Source: Octopus sinensis
Lineage: Eukaryota
Assembly: GCF_006345805.1 (NCBI RefSeq)
Contig: NC_043005.1
Coordinates: 94,364,001-94,428,000 of the forward strand
Reading direction: 5' to 3'
Length of the DNA stretch: 64,000 bases
Each line of letters starts with the position of its first letter. The stretch's first letter is position 1. The notes beneath the pieces were generated by a model that was given only the letters and a program-made list of their open reading frames with translations, did not search any database and was not told the origin of the DNA. Shown here one piece after another: positions 27,880-41,201 of this stretch. The translations under genes and the position numbers were made by a program.

Positions 27880-28860
27880 AGCGGTGCTACTGCTGCATAC
27901 ACAGAAATCCAATATCTACAAAGGAGTACAGGATTCTCATTTGGATCGGTGCGGGCGTTGGAGCTGCGGTTACACGTACAGACATTCTGGACCCACAACA
28001 AAGTTACTGCTCCAACGTCTGACACGCTATTTCTGTTGCTACACACGCAGACATCCTTTACCACATTGTAGCTATAGAAACAGGCATTGTAGCTATAGAA
28101 ACAGGCATCTAAGTTTTCGCTGCTACTACAATCACTGACATTTTCGTATAGATCGCTGGTACACACGAAGATCCTTGATCGAGTTGATGTTGCGTTTCGT
28201 GCTACTACTGCTGCACATTTAGGCAATGATTTTGTTGCTTATAAAAAACATCCAAACTAAGTTATTGCCACAGATACAAGCATCCGAGACCGTGTTACTA
28301 GTCTTATACTCAGGCACACCCGAGACTCTATTAGTTACTATAGGCATGGACGCATTCTAGACTACTGTTGCTATACATTCTGTCGTCCAAGACTACTGCT
28401 GCTACACACATGGATACTCTGGACTGTTGATACTGTTGCGCACAGTTGCTACATTCTCGGACGCACCAGATACTACTGCTGCTACATACACAAACGGACA
28501 ATCTGGACTGTTGCTACGTACAGCTGCTACATACACGGACACCCAAGATTGTGCTGCTGCTACACGTATGGACATCCTAAACGGTGATTATGACAGACTA
28601 GATTTCCTAGAGCGAGCTGTTGCTGTATATAAATCCGAGACCGTGTTGCTGCTACGGACACTGACATTTAAACAATGATTCTTTGATATATACAATCATC
28701 CGAGACCGGGTTACTACTTCAAATACATCAGAGACCATACTGTCCGTTTTGCACACATGGACAGCTCAGGCTCTATTGGTTACTATGACACTTACAGACA
28801 ACCTATACTGCGCTGTTACTACACACACGGTCATCCTAGTCTATACTACTGCTACACACA
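27880..28860 (+). repeat. Degenerate minisatellite, ~30-nt unit similar to GACTACTGCTGCTACACACACGGACATCC
   Basis: Many diverged recurrences of ACTACTG(C/T)TGCTACA..GGACA..CC. Confidence 0.6.
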
Positions 28861-28962
28861 CACACACACACACATACATACATATATGCATACATTCATG
28901 TATGTATGTATGTATGTATGTATGTTTATATGTATGTATGTATATATATGTATGTATGTTTG

Positions 28963-29055
<93 letters not shown>

Positions 29056-29262
29056 AGAGATCCTTTTGGTGAGAAACACTGGCTTTCGAAGAACATTAAG
29101 CTGTAAGTAATAGCGTGTAAATATTGGGTTGAAGAACCCTTTGGATTTTTACACACTATTATTTATAGCTTTATGGGATTCGAGATCCACTGTTCCAAAA
29201 AAGGATTAGTTAGCGTTTTCTCGAAGTTTATAAATTATTGTAACCTTAACTCTTTCTCTCAC

Positions 29263-29331
<69 letters not shown>

Positions 29332-29353
29332 CACATACACACATACACAAATA

Positions 29354-30557
29354 CAGAGGTTGGACAAAATAATGGAAACATCTAGCATCATAGCATCATA
29401 ATTTTGAAATATCTATAAAACCGTCAAAAGCTTGTTTAATTTATGTTTTTTGATTTACTATCAGTGCTGTTTAATATGTTTTGCTAAAATTGCTGTTTCT
29501 TTTCAGATATCATAAGTAAAAAGGTAATTAAAATTCATTAAAATTACGGATCTATCGGACTTTCAAAGAGGTCAAATTGTTGGTGCTCGTAAAGCAGACG
29601 CTAGCGTATCGAAAACAGCCGAAGTGTTTGGTGTATCAAGAAGTACTGTCTTGAAAGTAATGACAGCCTTTGAGAAAGAGGGGAAAATTTCCTTGTCAAA
29701 ACAAAACTCCGGAAAAAAATCAAAACTTTCAGATAGGGACCGTCGGTCTCTTACGCGTATTGTTAGAAAGGATCACAAAATTACAGTTCCCAAAATTACT
29801 GCAGAGCTTAATGACCACCTCGAGAACCCAGTTTCCACAAAAATTGTTCGCTGGGAGCTGCACAAAGCCGGATTTCTCACGGGAGGGCTGCAATCAGAAA
29901 ACCACAACTTTCAAAAACAAACGTTGCAAAACGTTTAGAGTTGAGTAAAAACCTTCAGAATTGGTCCCTAGAGCAGTGGAAGAATGTTATTTTCTCAGAC
30001 AAGTCATCCTCTACCTTATTTCCGACCACCGTCTGAGTATAGTGTGGAGACAGCCAAAAGAAGCATTTGATCCAGACTGCCTTCTTCCAACTGTTAAACA
30101 TGAAGGGTGATGTGTGATGATCTTTGGGGGGCTATATCTTAGAAATCCGCCGGCCCAATGGTTTCCCTTCATGGCGGAATTAATAGTCAAGACTATTTAA
30201 GCATTTTAACTGATCAAATTCATCCTATGGTTGCGGAACTGTTTCTGAAGAGAAACGCAATCTTTCAGAATGATAATGCACCAATTCACACAGCTAAAGT
30301 TGTTACTGAATGGCACAAGAAACATTCTAGTGAAGTTGAACATCTTACCTGGCTACCACAGTCCCCAGATCTCAATATTATTGAAAATTTATGGTTCATT
30401 TTAGAAAAAAAAACAATTATCACTACAAGAACCGGAGACTGTTTTAGCTGAAGAATGGCCAAAAATTCCTTTGGAAACAATTGTAAGTTTGTACAAGTCC
30501 ACACCTCGTAGAATTCAAGCTGTAATTACTACCGAATGCGGTCCTACTCCATATTAA
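29354..30557 (+). mobile_element. Tc1-family DNA transposon relic (DD34E), left end only
   Basis: TA-CAGAGGTTGGACAAAATAATGGAAAC terminus. Frameshifted transposase: DLSDFQRGQIVGAR, VIFSD, FQNDNAPIHTAK, WLPQSPDLNIIENLW. No right TIR found. Confidence 0.85.
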
Positions 30558-30559
30558 AT

Positions 30560-30725
30560 TCAATTTGACTTCAGAGCACCAATTAGCTGGTAGCGGAGGG
30601 CTTGGAATTTGCCTGCATTAAATTGCATGTCGTTGTCCTCAGCCCATTTATATAAGGCATCCAGGTCTTTCTGTAGAAGTTCAGCATACCAATAAATTGT
30701 TGACACACAACGAAGTATTGTTTCC
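30560..30725 (-). mobile_element. CR1/L2-type LINE RT fragment
   Basis: LLQKDLDALYKWAEDNDMQFNAGKFQALRY. Confidence 0.7.
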
Positions 30726-31147
30726 ATATCCATGACAGAGGTATTGCTACAACACACAGCCATCCGTGAACGCATCCAAAGAACGACCATTCTACCTCTA
30801 ACTCACAGACGTATTGTTTCCTGTCCCTACTTTTTCCACCGCTACTCTTGTAGCCTCTGCTCCTCGAAATGGCTGGTCTCGCGCCACTTCCATGTAGATA
30901 CTCCTGACCCACTCGTTTCTCCTTGTCTCGCCATTACACCCTGTCCTTCTTCCTTAGAAAGTGATTCCTTTGGAGTTGTCCCGTTCTGCTCATGCTTTTC
31001 GCTTAGCAGTCGTCGACTTGCAACTGTTCATGGGAAGCCTTAAGCACGTCGAACTCATTGGTCTCGGAGAAGCTACGACCGAAGGCCACGGGTACAATCC
31101 CTTCCTCCAAAATAATGTAATTGTATATTCCATACAGAACAATTTAT

Positions 31148-31234
31148 GCAGGCGCAGGCGTGGCTGTATATTTAAGATGCTTGCTTCGTAACCACATAGT
31201 TCAGAAACCCGTCATGTATGTGTGTACGTCTCTA

Positions 31235-31270
<36 letters not shown>

Positions 31271-31361
31271 TGTATGTATGTATGTATGTATGTATGTATG
31301 TATGTATGTATGTATGTATGTATGCGTATGTATGTGTGTGTGTGTATGTATGTATGTATGC

Positions 31362-31394
<33 letters not shown>

Positions 31395-31420
31395 TGCACG
31401 CATGTATGTATGTGTATATG

Positions 31421-31455
<35 letters not shown>

Positions 31456-31620
31456 ACATGTGTGTGTGAAGAGAGAGAGAGAGAGAGAGAGAGAAAGAGG
31501 GAGAAAGATAGAAAGAGAATTAGTATGTCTGTGTTTGTCTTCCACAGCTCGATAAAGTTGGTTTGTTTACGTCTCTGTAACTTAGCGATTCGACAAAATG
31601 AACCGATAAAATAAATACCA
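31148..31620 (+). mobile_element. tRNA-derived SINE with internal (TATG)n/(GA)n expansion
   Basis: Head GGCGCAGGCGTGGCTG..GCTTGCTT..AACCACATAG and tail GTTTACGTC..TAACTTAGCG.TTCG..CCGATA.AATAA. Confidence 0.65.
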
Positions 31621-32210
31621 TGTGAGACATGGACCCTTTACAAACGTAACTTAAAGGTCCTTGAACACTTCTGTCAGAGATGTCTGAGACTCATTCTGAA
31701 TATTGGCTGGACCTTAAAAGCCCACATATACCAATCTTGAGGAAAGCCGATATCCTGTGTATTGAGGCGATGGTGCAGGATGCTATATGAGGAACTTGTT
31801 AGTGGAAAGCGACCCCGGCAGAAGCCAAGACTGCGATTTAAGGAGTGTGTAAAGTCCTCATTAAAGACTTGTGAAAATGTAGGAAGCTGATTGGGATAGC
31901 AATACTTGTCATCGCCACGGAGTCGATACCTTTGAAAGAGGGAGTCGGTACCTTTGAAAGAGGGAGTCGATACCTTTGAAAAAGCACATATTCTTCATGA
32001 AAAATTTAATCTTGCTGCTCGAAAACGCTAGTGTAATGAATGGGGAAAGCTTGGTCTGCAATGTTTGCAGTCGTGTATGTTTGTCAAGAGCAGGGCTCAT
32101 TAGTCACCAACGGAACCACAAGTGTAAAGTATAAGTTAGTCTTGAGCGCACAATGTTCCTAAAGGTCAGTAATGGTTTTCGTCGGTCACGAGTGGACGGT
32201 TATCATGCAT
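31621..32210 (+). mobile_element. RTE LINE 3' fragment
   Basis: ETWTLYKRNLKVLEHF.QRCLR, LYEELVSGKRPRQKPRLRFKECVK and terminal CNVCSRVCLSRAGLISHQRNH. Confidence 0.75.
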
Positions 32211-32552
32211 GTATGTATGTACATGATTGTGTGTATGTGTAAGGGGGTAGAGAGAGAGAGGGATAGTGAGACAGAAAGAGAAAGAGTACGTCTGTGTTTG
32301 TTTATCACAACTCGATAATGCTGGTTTGTTTACGTCCCTGTAACTCAGCGATTTGACGAATAAATAAATACCAGATTTAGAAATAAGTGGAGGGATTGAT
32401 TTTATCAATTAAAACCCTCCAAAGCGGTGCTTCTTTATGGTGTCACTTCAATAACCGAAGCAAGTAAACGAATAAAACTATGTATGTATATTTGCCTGTT
32501 TGTTTGTGTATGTATATACACAAGTACATACAAAATATACGTATATATATAT

Positions 32553-32622
32553 AAGTAATACTAAGCAATAAAGGGTTTAGCAACGAATTCGTTGCTAAAC
32601 CCTTTATTGCTTAGTATTACTT
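32553..32622. repeat. Perfect 70-bp spacer-less palindrome centred on GAATTC
   Basis: AAGTAATACTAAGCAATAAAGGGTTTAGCAACGAA|TTCGTTGCTAAACCCTTTATTGCTTAGTATTACTT. Confidence 0.95.
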
Positions 32623-32792
32623 AAATTTTCCTCGAATGAGGCTTTTACATGCCGAAGACTACTTGTGTAATTGATAATTATTCCAAATTAATTAATTTCA
32701 CCCTTCATTATTACGTATGTATATATAATATATATATATATATTATATATATATTATATATATATATAATATATATTATATATATATAATAT

Positions 32793-32853
<61 letters not shown>

Positions 32854-32874
32854 GTATGTATGTATGTATGTATG

Positions 32875-32905
<31 letters not shown>

Positions 32906-32929
32906 AGTATGTATATATGTATATCAACT

Positions 32930-33570
32930 CTGTTATCCACCACCTTCCAACAAATATCACTACTACAATATCACCACGACTACAACCAAAACAATCACGC
33001 TTACTTCTCACCATCGTTATCACCACCACCACCATCACCACCACCACCACCAACGACAACACCACCACAAACATTACACCACCACCGACAACACACATTA
33101 ACTACTACTTACTATACCATCACTATCTCAACTACAGCCAGTACTGTCCCAACCACTATCACCACCATTACCGCCACCGCCACCACCACTCCAACACTAC
33201 ATATCTCTACCACACCTAAACACATCTAATGTTTTAACAACTACTATCATCACCGCAGTATTACCACTATCACTACCACCTTAATCCACCCACCCAATCA
33301 CCACTACTGCCACTATCACTGCTCTGCTACTACCATAGTATATACCACTGCCATCACCATTACCACATTAACCGCTACTGTGTCACTACCACTATTACGA
33401 TACCTCCTATACTGGTCCAGTAATAGCCAGTGACAAAGACCAATCTGGTCTCCATAGTGCAGACCATCCAACTCGTCTATCTTTACCATTGCATCTACAA
33501 TTGCCTCTCATTGCTATGGTAACAAATTAAAACAAACGGATTCTCAAGCACAGTATTTCTTCTGTCTGTC

Positions 33571-33640
<70 letters not shown>

Positions 33641-33970
33641 GTCTCTGTCTCATTCTCCTAGCAACTATAACTCTTCCTACTTCCTCCACTCCGACTCCTA
33701 CCGTTGTCATCCATCACCACCACCATCATCATAATGATCACGTTGCTATGAATGTTATTGTCACTACACCCATCATCATCATCATCGTCATACTACGCTG
33801 AACCTACCTCTATATCACAGCCACTAAAACCATCATCACCCCCTCCTCCTCCATCACACTACCCCCACCACCATCATCACAACCACCATCATCATCATCG
33901 TCGTTGTCGTCGTCGCCGTCGTCGTCATCCTCCTCCTCCTCCTCCTCCTCCTCCTCATCATCATCACGTC
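32930..33970. repeat. Low-complexity (CAC/CAT/ACT/CCT)n tracts and (CT)n
   Basis: Direct reading. These account for the poly-His/Thr/Pro ORFs. Confidence 0.85.
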
Positions 33971-34609
33971 TTCCGCCACTGCATCTGGCACAAGGCACTA
34001 TAACCCCAATCAAGTGTCAATAAGGAGGCCTTTACATCCATGATCGACCAGGTAGAAATAACAGTCAAATCTCGCCGAAATCTCGCCCTATCGTCTTAAA
34101 AACGAAAAGGACATTTAATATTCTGAATATTTATTGTTCTGAATATATTGTGTAAACAGGACGAAGTGGTCATGAAAGGAATGTCCGGTCATAGGCTTGC
34201 TCAATCATAGCAAACCGGATGTCGAAACACCTAAAACATCAACACTGATGAATTTCTATGTCCCGTCCCACACGACATAGTCATTTTCTAGTGTTGACAC
34301 CTTCAGAACTTGCAGCCAACAAGGGAATATCCTCTTGTTCGCTTGATCGTCCAGAAATAGTAGTCAAATCTCACCAAAGTCACACACTTGAAGAGAAGTC
34401 ACACTGGATATTGTTGCTATGCATGAAAATGGAGAGGTGATCGTGGTTGGAGCACCTTTGGTCATAGATAAGTTTTATCAACCAGAGTTGAACTGCAACA
34501 ACCAACTCTTAAGTAGTCGTTCACTTTGCTAAAATAGCAACCAAATCCGCTTCAGATCATCTCCTGCTGTCTTAAAGAAGAATACATTATAGCATATACT
34601 TCTAGACAT

Positions 34610-34910
34610 AGTGGCACTCCGTCGGTTGCGACGACAAGGATTCCAGTTGATATTATCATCGGAACAGCCTGCTTGTGAAATGAATGTGCACGCGTACTCT
34701 TAATATAGGTCTCAGGGAGATTCAATTGACACAGGATGTAACAAGGTCGACCCTTTGAAATACAGGTACTATACGTTTTTGCTAGCTGAGTGTACTGGAG
34801 TAAAGTGAAATAAAGTGTCTATCTTAAGGACACACCGTGCCGCTAGGAATCGAACTCATGACCTTACGAACGTGAGCCAATTACCCTAACCGCTAAACCA
34901 TGCGCCTTCA
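34610..34910 (-). mobile_element. tRNA-derived SINE
   Basis: Reverse complement begins GGCGCATGGTTTAGCGGTTAGGG..GAGTTCGATTCC (A and B boxes). Confidence 0.7.
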
Positions 34911-36150
34911 CAGGTGTACAATGTCTGACCAAAAATACTGTCATAGTTATAGTTGAAATATCTTCTGACCATTGGCCAGCTCAATGAAGGCTGACCATTA
35001 CACCAACAGCCATATTAAACATCACAGGACCATACAGTGTCTTATTATCAACTAAGTTATTGGCACTAACTCCTACAATATAAAGATGGTGACACCAACC
35101 GCCGCTACCGCAACCACCACTACCACCACCACCGCCGCCGCCGTCACCGCCGTATGGGCATCAAGTAACAAGGACTAGGAACTTACAGCAATACTTTTTG
35201 TCTGTTCCATCTATCTTGACGCCGTTGCCATAGTGTTTCTTCCGATGGAGGGTGGCCATGAAAGTTGAAACGAGGACAAATTACCATGCTTTAATGAAAG
35301 TAAAGATGGTTTTAAACTTTTAAACACGGCCAACACTTTGGTGATGAAAGAAAAATTATATCCATCCTCCCACCTCTATTCTCCGCCAGCTGTTCTTAGG
35401 AAAGTCTATAGGATCGTATCAGAAGCAATTGTCATTAGGCTTTCTGGTGGGATTCCTATGCATGACCAACTGAAAAGATGGATATTATCCAACCATCTTA
35501 CTTTTGGTCTACTCCTCAGTCACCTGTCGGTTGTCTTGGCTCGAAGAATGCGTTTTGTGACATTTTTCTACGACATTTTAATCACATATCCTCAATACCG
35601 GAGTTGTGACCTCTTAATGCAGTGAAGTAACGGCTCGGACTGGAGAATCTTTGATCTCTGACCTACGCGCGATTATGTCGAGTAACGTCACGCCAGAGAT
35701 CTTTGAAAGGAAAAATTACTTTGTCTTCTCATTGATGAAGAAGTCGAAGATGAAAACTTTTCTCTAATATTTCCTTTGGTGCTGTTTGAGAATCATTGCG
35801 CTACAGGAGTTTGATTTACAAAATTGTTATTACATATAAAATTTTTAAAGTGAATTTTGTACCGAGATCATTCTACTTTCTCCTAATTTGCGTGATACAA
35901 ACTGGTGCACAGGATACTTACGTACCATATACAAAAGGACATATGAAAGGGGAGGTGGGGGTTGAAAATCCAAAAGCGGCTCTCAAAAACCAAACTGGAA
36001 TATACAAAATAACATACATAACACAATGTGAAACGTCAAATTTTTATACAGTTTTACTCCTGCTTGCTAGCAAAGGTGCAGATATAGGTGTGTAGTTAAG
36101 AAACACGCTTTACAGGCACGTGATTTCGGGTTCAGTCCCATTGCGTGACA

Positions 36151-36224
<74 letters not shown>

Positions 36225-36225
<1 letters not shown>

Positions 36226-36818
36226 AGTCTCTCTAAAAGAGATCACGGCAGCGTTCCTGGAAAATAATAGTTATCGCCATACTAATATGTTCGAAGGTTA
36301 TATAGATACAGTTTGTGTATCAAATAGCTAACTTAAGGCGATGGCCTCATGGAGCTAATAAGCGGACAGCTTTATTCTTATCTTTATAAGAATGCTATAT
36401 TAGTATGGCGATAACTATTATTTTCCAGGAACGCTGCCGTGATCTCTTTTAGAGAGACTTAGTAATTTTAATATTTCTATTATTGAAAACAAGTGGATGT
36501 ATTCCACTGAAACTAGGTAAATAAAACCTTCGAACAGAGATTGTCAGAAGCGACACCTACTGGTCTGACTACGCTACATTGAAAAGGGGCAATACCCCGA
36601 AACGCGTCTGTAGCTGTCGGTCAAGTAGTGTGGAGCGACTGAGCTCCCTTGTTCGAAGGTTATATGGATACAGTTTGTGTATCAAATAGCTAACTTAAGG
36701 CGATGGTCTCATGGAGCTAATAAGCGGACAGCTTTATTCATATTAGTATGGCGATAACTTATTTTCCAGGAACGCTGCCGTGATCTCTTTTAGAGAGACT
36801 TAGTAATTTTAATATTTC
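36225..36818 (+). mobile_element. Small non-coding hammerhead element, ~1.5 monomers of ~362 bp with an inverted 5' segment
   Basis: Direct repeat starting at 36289 and 36651. 36225-36288 is the reverse complement of 36397-36460. (TA)n flanks both sides. Confidence 0.8.
36573..36614 (+). ncRNA. Type I hammerhead ribozyme, U3-A8 core variant
   Basis: GCTACA TTGAAAA GGGG-caata-CCCC GAAA CGCG TC^TGTAGC. Stems I and II are perfect, stem III is the palindrome ACGCGT, and the triplet is GUC. Confidence 0.82.
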
Positions 36819-36821
36819 GAT

Positions 36822-37205
36822 TATATATATATATATATGTGTGTATATATATATGTATATATGTGTGTATATATATATGTATATATGTGTATATATATAT
36901 ATGTATATATGTGTATATATATGTATATATGTGTATATATATATATGTATATATATGTATATATATATATGTATATATATGTAATTATATATATGTATAT
37001 ATGTATATATATATATGTATATATATGTATATATATGTATATATTGTATATATATATATATTATATATATATATATATATATGTATAATATGTATATATA
37101 TATTGTATATATATGTATATATATATGTATATATATGTATATATATATATGTATATTATGTTATATATAATGTATATATATGTATAATATATATGCATAT
37201 ATATG

Positions 37206-37262
<57 letters not shown>

Positions 37263-37352
37263 GTATATATATTATGTATATATATATATATGTATATATA
37301 TATATGTATATATATATATATGTATATATATATTATGTATATAATATATGTG

Positions 37353-37403
<51 letters not shown>

Positions 37404-37588
37404 GATATATATATATGTATATTATATATATGTATATATTATATATATTATATATATATATATATATGTATATATATGTATATATGTTATATATATATAG
37501 ATTATATATATAATATATATGTATATATATATATGTATATATATATATATGTATATATATATATGTATATAATATAATATATATATAT

Positions 37589-37620
<32 letters not shown>

Positions 37621-37655
37621 TTATATATAATATTATATATAATATATATATATAT

Positions 37656-37689
<34 letters not shown>
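36822..37689. repeat. ~870-bp degenerate (TA)n/(TATATG)n tract
   Basis: Direct reading. Confidence 0.95.
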
Positions 37690-38548
37690 TTAAAAAAAGG
37701 GAGATGTCGAACACGAGTGGTGATATATAAAAAGGAAATGAAGAAAATGCTGACAAATAATTGAAGTAATTTAAGTAATTTAATTAGGTGAAAGTTCTTT
37801 TTACCGGTTGCGCATTTGTTATGCTTATCAAAATATAAAAGAGAGATTAGAGTCTGTCTCTTATATGTGAAAAAAAGAGGCTCCAGAGTTGTTTTGGATT
37901 TGCTTGGTTTCGCGCCTAAAATTTTGATTGGTCATTATGAAGGGGTCACGTGAATGCTTGAATGGAAGTTGGTGTTGGGGTAAGAAAAAAGGCTCCAGAG
38001 AAGTTAAAATTTGGCTAGTGTCCCGCCTAAAATTTCTTATTGGCCATAATAAAGAGGTCACGTGAATGTTTAGAATTTTCGAAAATAGTGTTGTTGAAAA
38101 TTCTTATTGTTCAGGCTGGTCAGTAGACGTCATGTGGATATTTTAAATAGCTTTTTAGCGCGTAGTTAGGGAGTGTATTTTCCGCTTGACTGGATAAGTA
38201 AGTTCGTTTAGAACAGGGAGAGCTGTATGTATGTATGTGTGTGCGCGCGCGCGTGTGTGTGTTTATATGTATGTTGGGGCGCGCGCGCGTGTATATATGT
38301 GTATGTGTGTGGGTACAATTTTCAATATTTATAGTTCTGCTGGCCTTGTGCCTGTATCGGGAAGCAACGTATTTGTGTGAAGTCAATATTTACAGCCATT
38401 TCCAAAAAATAGTGTTGGATGTTTTGCACCCGTATTCAATTATGTGTATGTGTGGAACCATATATTTGTGTGTGTCATGGTGTTAATATCTGGGTAAAGG
38501 TGTGTGTAGGGTGTGTGCAGGTGTAAGTGTGTTTGTTGTGGGTTCGTG

Positions 38549-40440
38549 TTAGGGGCATGTGTTTAGAAGTGGTCTGTATTTATTAATAAGGTGGGATTCC
38601 ATGGTTATTCGCTGGGTATGAGTGGCATTGTCTTTAAATTTGTAGAGGGGAAAGATTCTAAAATTGGGATGGAGTTGTGCGGCACAGGTATCAATATGTG
38701 CACTAAATGCTATTTTTCTATATTCCTGTGTTTTTATTTGGATCTGTGGACAGTCATGCGTTGGCGGAGGCTATTTTTTGTTTGGCCTATGTAGTGTTCA
38801 TTACAGCCCGAGCAAGTTAAGACATATACTAGGTTTTCTGATGCGCATGTGAAGTTGTGTTTTACTGTGAAACGTTGTCCTTGTTTAAAAGGAATTCCGG
38901 ACCTTCTATTAGGTTGATGCATATACCACAGTTGGGTCTATTGCATTTGTTTACTGTGGGTTTAGTTGTTGTGGTTGGCAGTACTTTGGCATTTGTTAGG
39001 ATGGTTTTCAATGATTTGGGTTGCCTTTTGCTCTTTATGATTTCGTGTGTTAGGAGGATTTGGTTCATTCTATGGTCCTTTTGTAATACAGGAATGTTCT
39101 GGAGGATGGTGTCAAAAGCTTCATTGTTGAGGGGGTTGTGTGTAGAGATGTATGGTAGAGTATGGGGTTTCGATGTAACAGGTTTAGGGCGTCTAAGTTC
39201 CTGCGTGCTGAGTTTTAGGGCGCGTTGGATCCCATTGTCAATTAGTGACGTGGGGTAATCCCTGCTTGTTAATGTGCCCTTGAGTTCTTGTAGACGTAAG
39301 AGACGGGTGTTTTTATTGGAGACTATAGTGCAAATTCTCTTGGCTAAGTTGTAGGGAATGTTAATTTTAACGTGTCTAGGGTGGCATGAATTGAAAGGGA
39401 GGTATTGCTTGGAGTCTGTGGGCTTGTAGTATATGTCTGTTTCTATTTTTTTGTTGTGAATTTTAATGAGGATGTCGAGGAAGGGAATTTGTTGAGGGCT
39501 GTATTCCATTGTGAAAATAATGTTTGTGTTGAGCCCATTTATAAGAGTGTGAAATTCGTTAAGCTTCTCGACGGTTTCGGGCCAAAGGATGAAGCAGTCA
39601 TCAAGATATCTCTTCCAGTTCTTCTCTATGTGTGTGTGGAGAGTGGTGCCAAATTGGTTAAGAACGTTATTATAGAGGGTGATTTCCAGGTATCCCATGA
39701 CTAAGTTGGCGTAAGTGGGAGCTGTTTTCGTTCCCATTGCCGTCCCTGATTTCTGTCTGTAGAATTTGTTGTTGAAGGTGAAGAAATTATTCTCTAAGAT
39801 GAATTTGAGTCCTTCTAAAATAAATTCCTTTTTGATGCGGTGTGGGAGTTCGTTGGAGTAATTATCCAGCCAGAATTGGATAGCTTCTATTCCTAGGTTG
39901 TGGGGGATGTTGGAGTAAAGATTGACTACATCGAATGTTACTAGCAGGGTTTGTTCAGCAGAAGTGTATTGGGGAGGTGGTTGAGCATATCTAGATCGTC
40001 CTTATGTAGCTTTTAATGTGTTTGAGGAACGGCTTGAGAAGGGTATCAATAAAGTTGCTAAGGCGGTGGTTTCGCAAGCGGGACCTGCTATTATAGGTCT
40101 CAATTTGAGGTCATTTGGTGAGGGGACATTGATTACAGAGTTTGTGGCTTCCTTGCATGCCTTACTTATTAATTCGCTTTTATGAATTTTGGGAATACCG
40201 TAGAAGAGGCTGGTTTTACTAGTGAAATTTGTGATGAAGTTGAATTCTTTGTTAGTGAGTTCTTCTTTGTGGGGGTTGATCAGGGTTTTTAAGTTTCTCA
40301 TAATTTTCTGTTGATTGTAGTGTTCAGCCTTTTCGTAATATGTTCCATTTTCCAAGGTGGAGAGTGCTAAGTTGATATAGTATTCTGTCTCCATTAAGAC
40401 TACTGCACTTCCTTTATCGGCCTCTTTAATGGTGATAGAT
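38549..40440 (-). pseudogene. PLE RT + GIY-YIG endonuclease ORF, frameshifted
   Basis: ORF-track pieces 40002-40508, 38862-39737 and 38734-38922. The C-terminus reads ..MESHLINKYRPLLNTCP* ending at 38549. Confidence 0.9.
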
Positions 40441-40904
40441 CTTTCATTTTTTAATTTGTTTAATTTGTTTAATTTGTTTAATTTGTTTAATTCTTCACAC
40501 ACATACATACATACAGCTCTCCCTGTTCTAAACGAACTTACTTATCCAGTCAAGCGGAAAATACACTCCCTAACTACGCGCTAAAAAGCTATTTAAAATA
40601 TCCACATGACGTCTACTGACCAGCCTGAACAATAAGAATTTTCAACAACACTATTTTCGAAAATTCTAAACATTCACGTGACCTCTTTATTATGGCCAAT
40701 AAGAAATTTTAGGCGGGACACTAGCCAAATTTTAACTTCTCTGGAGCCTTTTTTCTTATCCCAACACCAACTTCCATTCAAACATTCACGTGACCCCTTC
40801 ATAATGACCAATCAAAATTTTAGGCGCGAAACCAAGCAAATCCAAAACAACTCTGGAGCCTCTTTTTTTCACATATAAGAGACAGACTCTAATCTCTCTT
40901 TTAT

Positions 40905-40941
40905 ATTTTGATAAGCATAACAAATGCGCAACCGGTAAAAA
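40905..40941 (+). ncRNA. Degenerate U3-A8 hammerhead-like motif in the pseudo-LTR (identical copy at 37799-37835, minus strand)
   Basis: TTGATAA GCA-taacaaa-TGC GCAA CCGG TA. A13 reads C and stem I is weak. Confidence 0.4.
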
Positions 40942-41004
40942 GAACTTTCACCTAATTAAATTACTTAAATTACTTCAATTATTTGTCAGCATTTTCTTCA
41001 TTTC

Positions 41005-41183
<179 letters not shown>

Positions 41184-41201
41184 TATGTATATATAGAAAA
41201 A

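Noticed and set aside
31919-31984. Three 22-bp direct repeats (GGAGTCGATACCTTTGAAAGAG) as a CRISPR-like array
   Set aside because: No spacers. It is a slippage duplication inside an RTE fragment.
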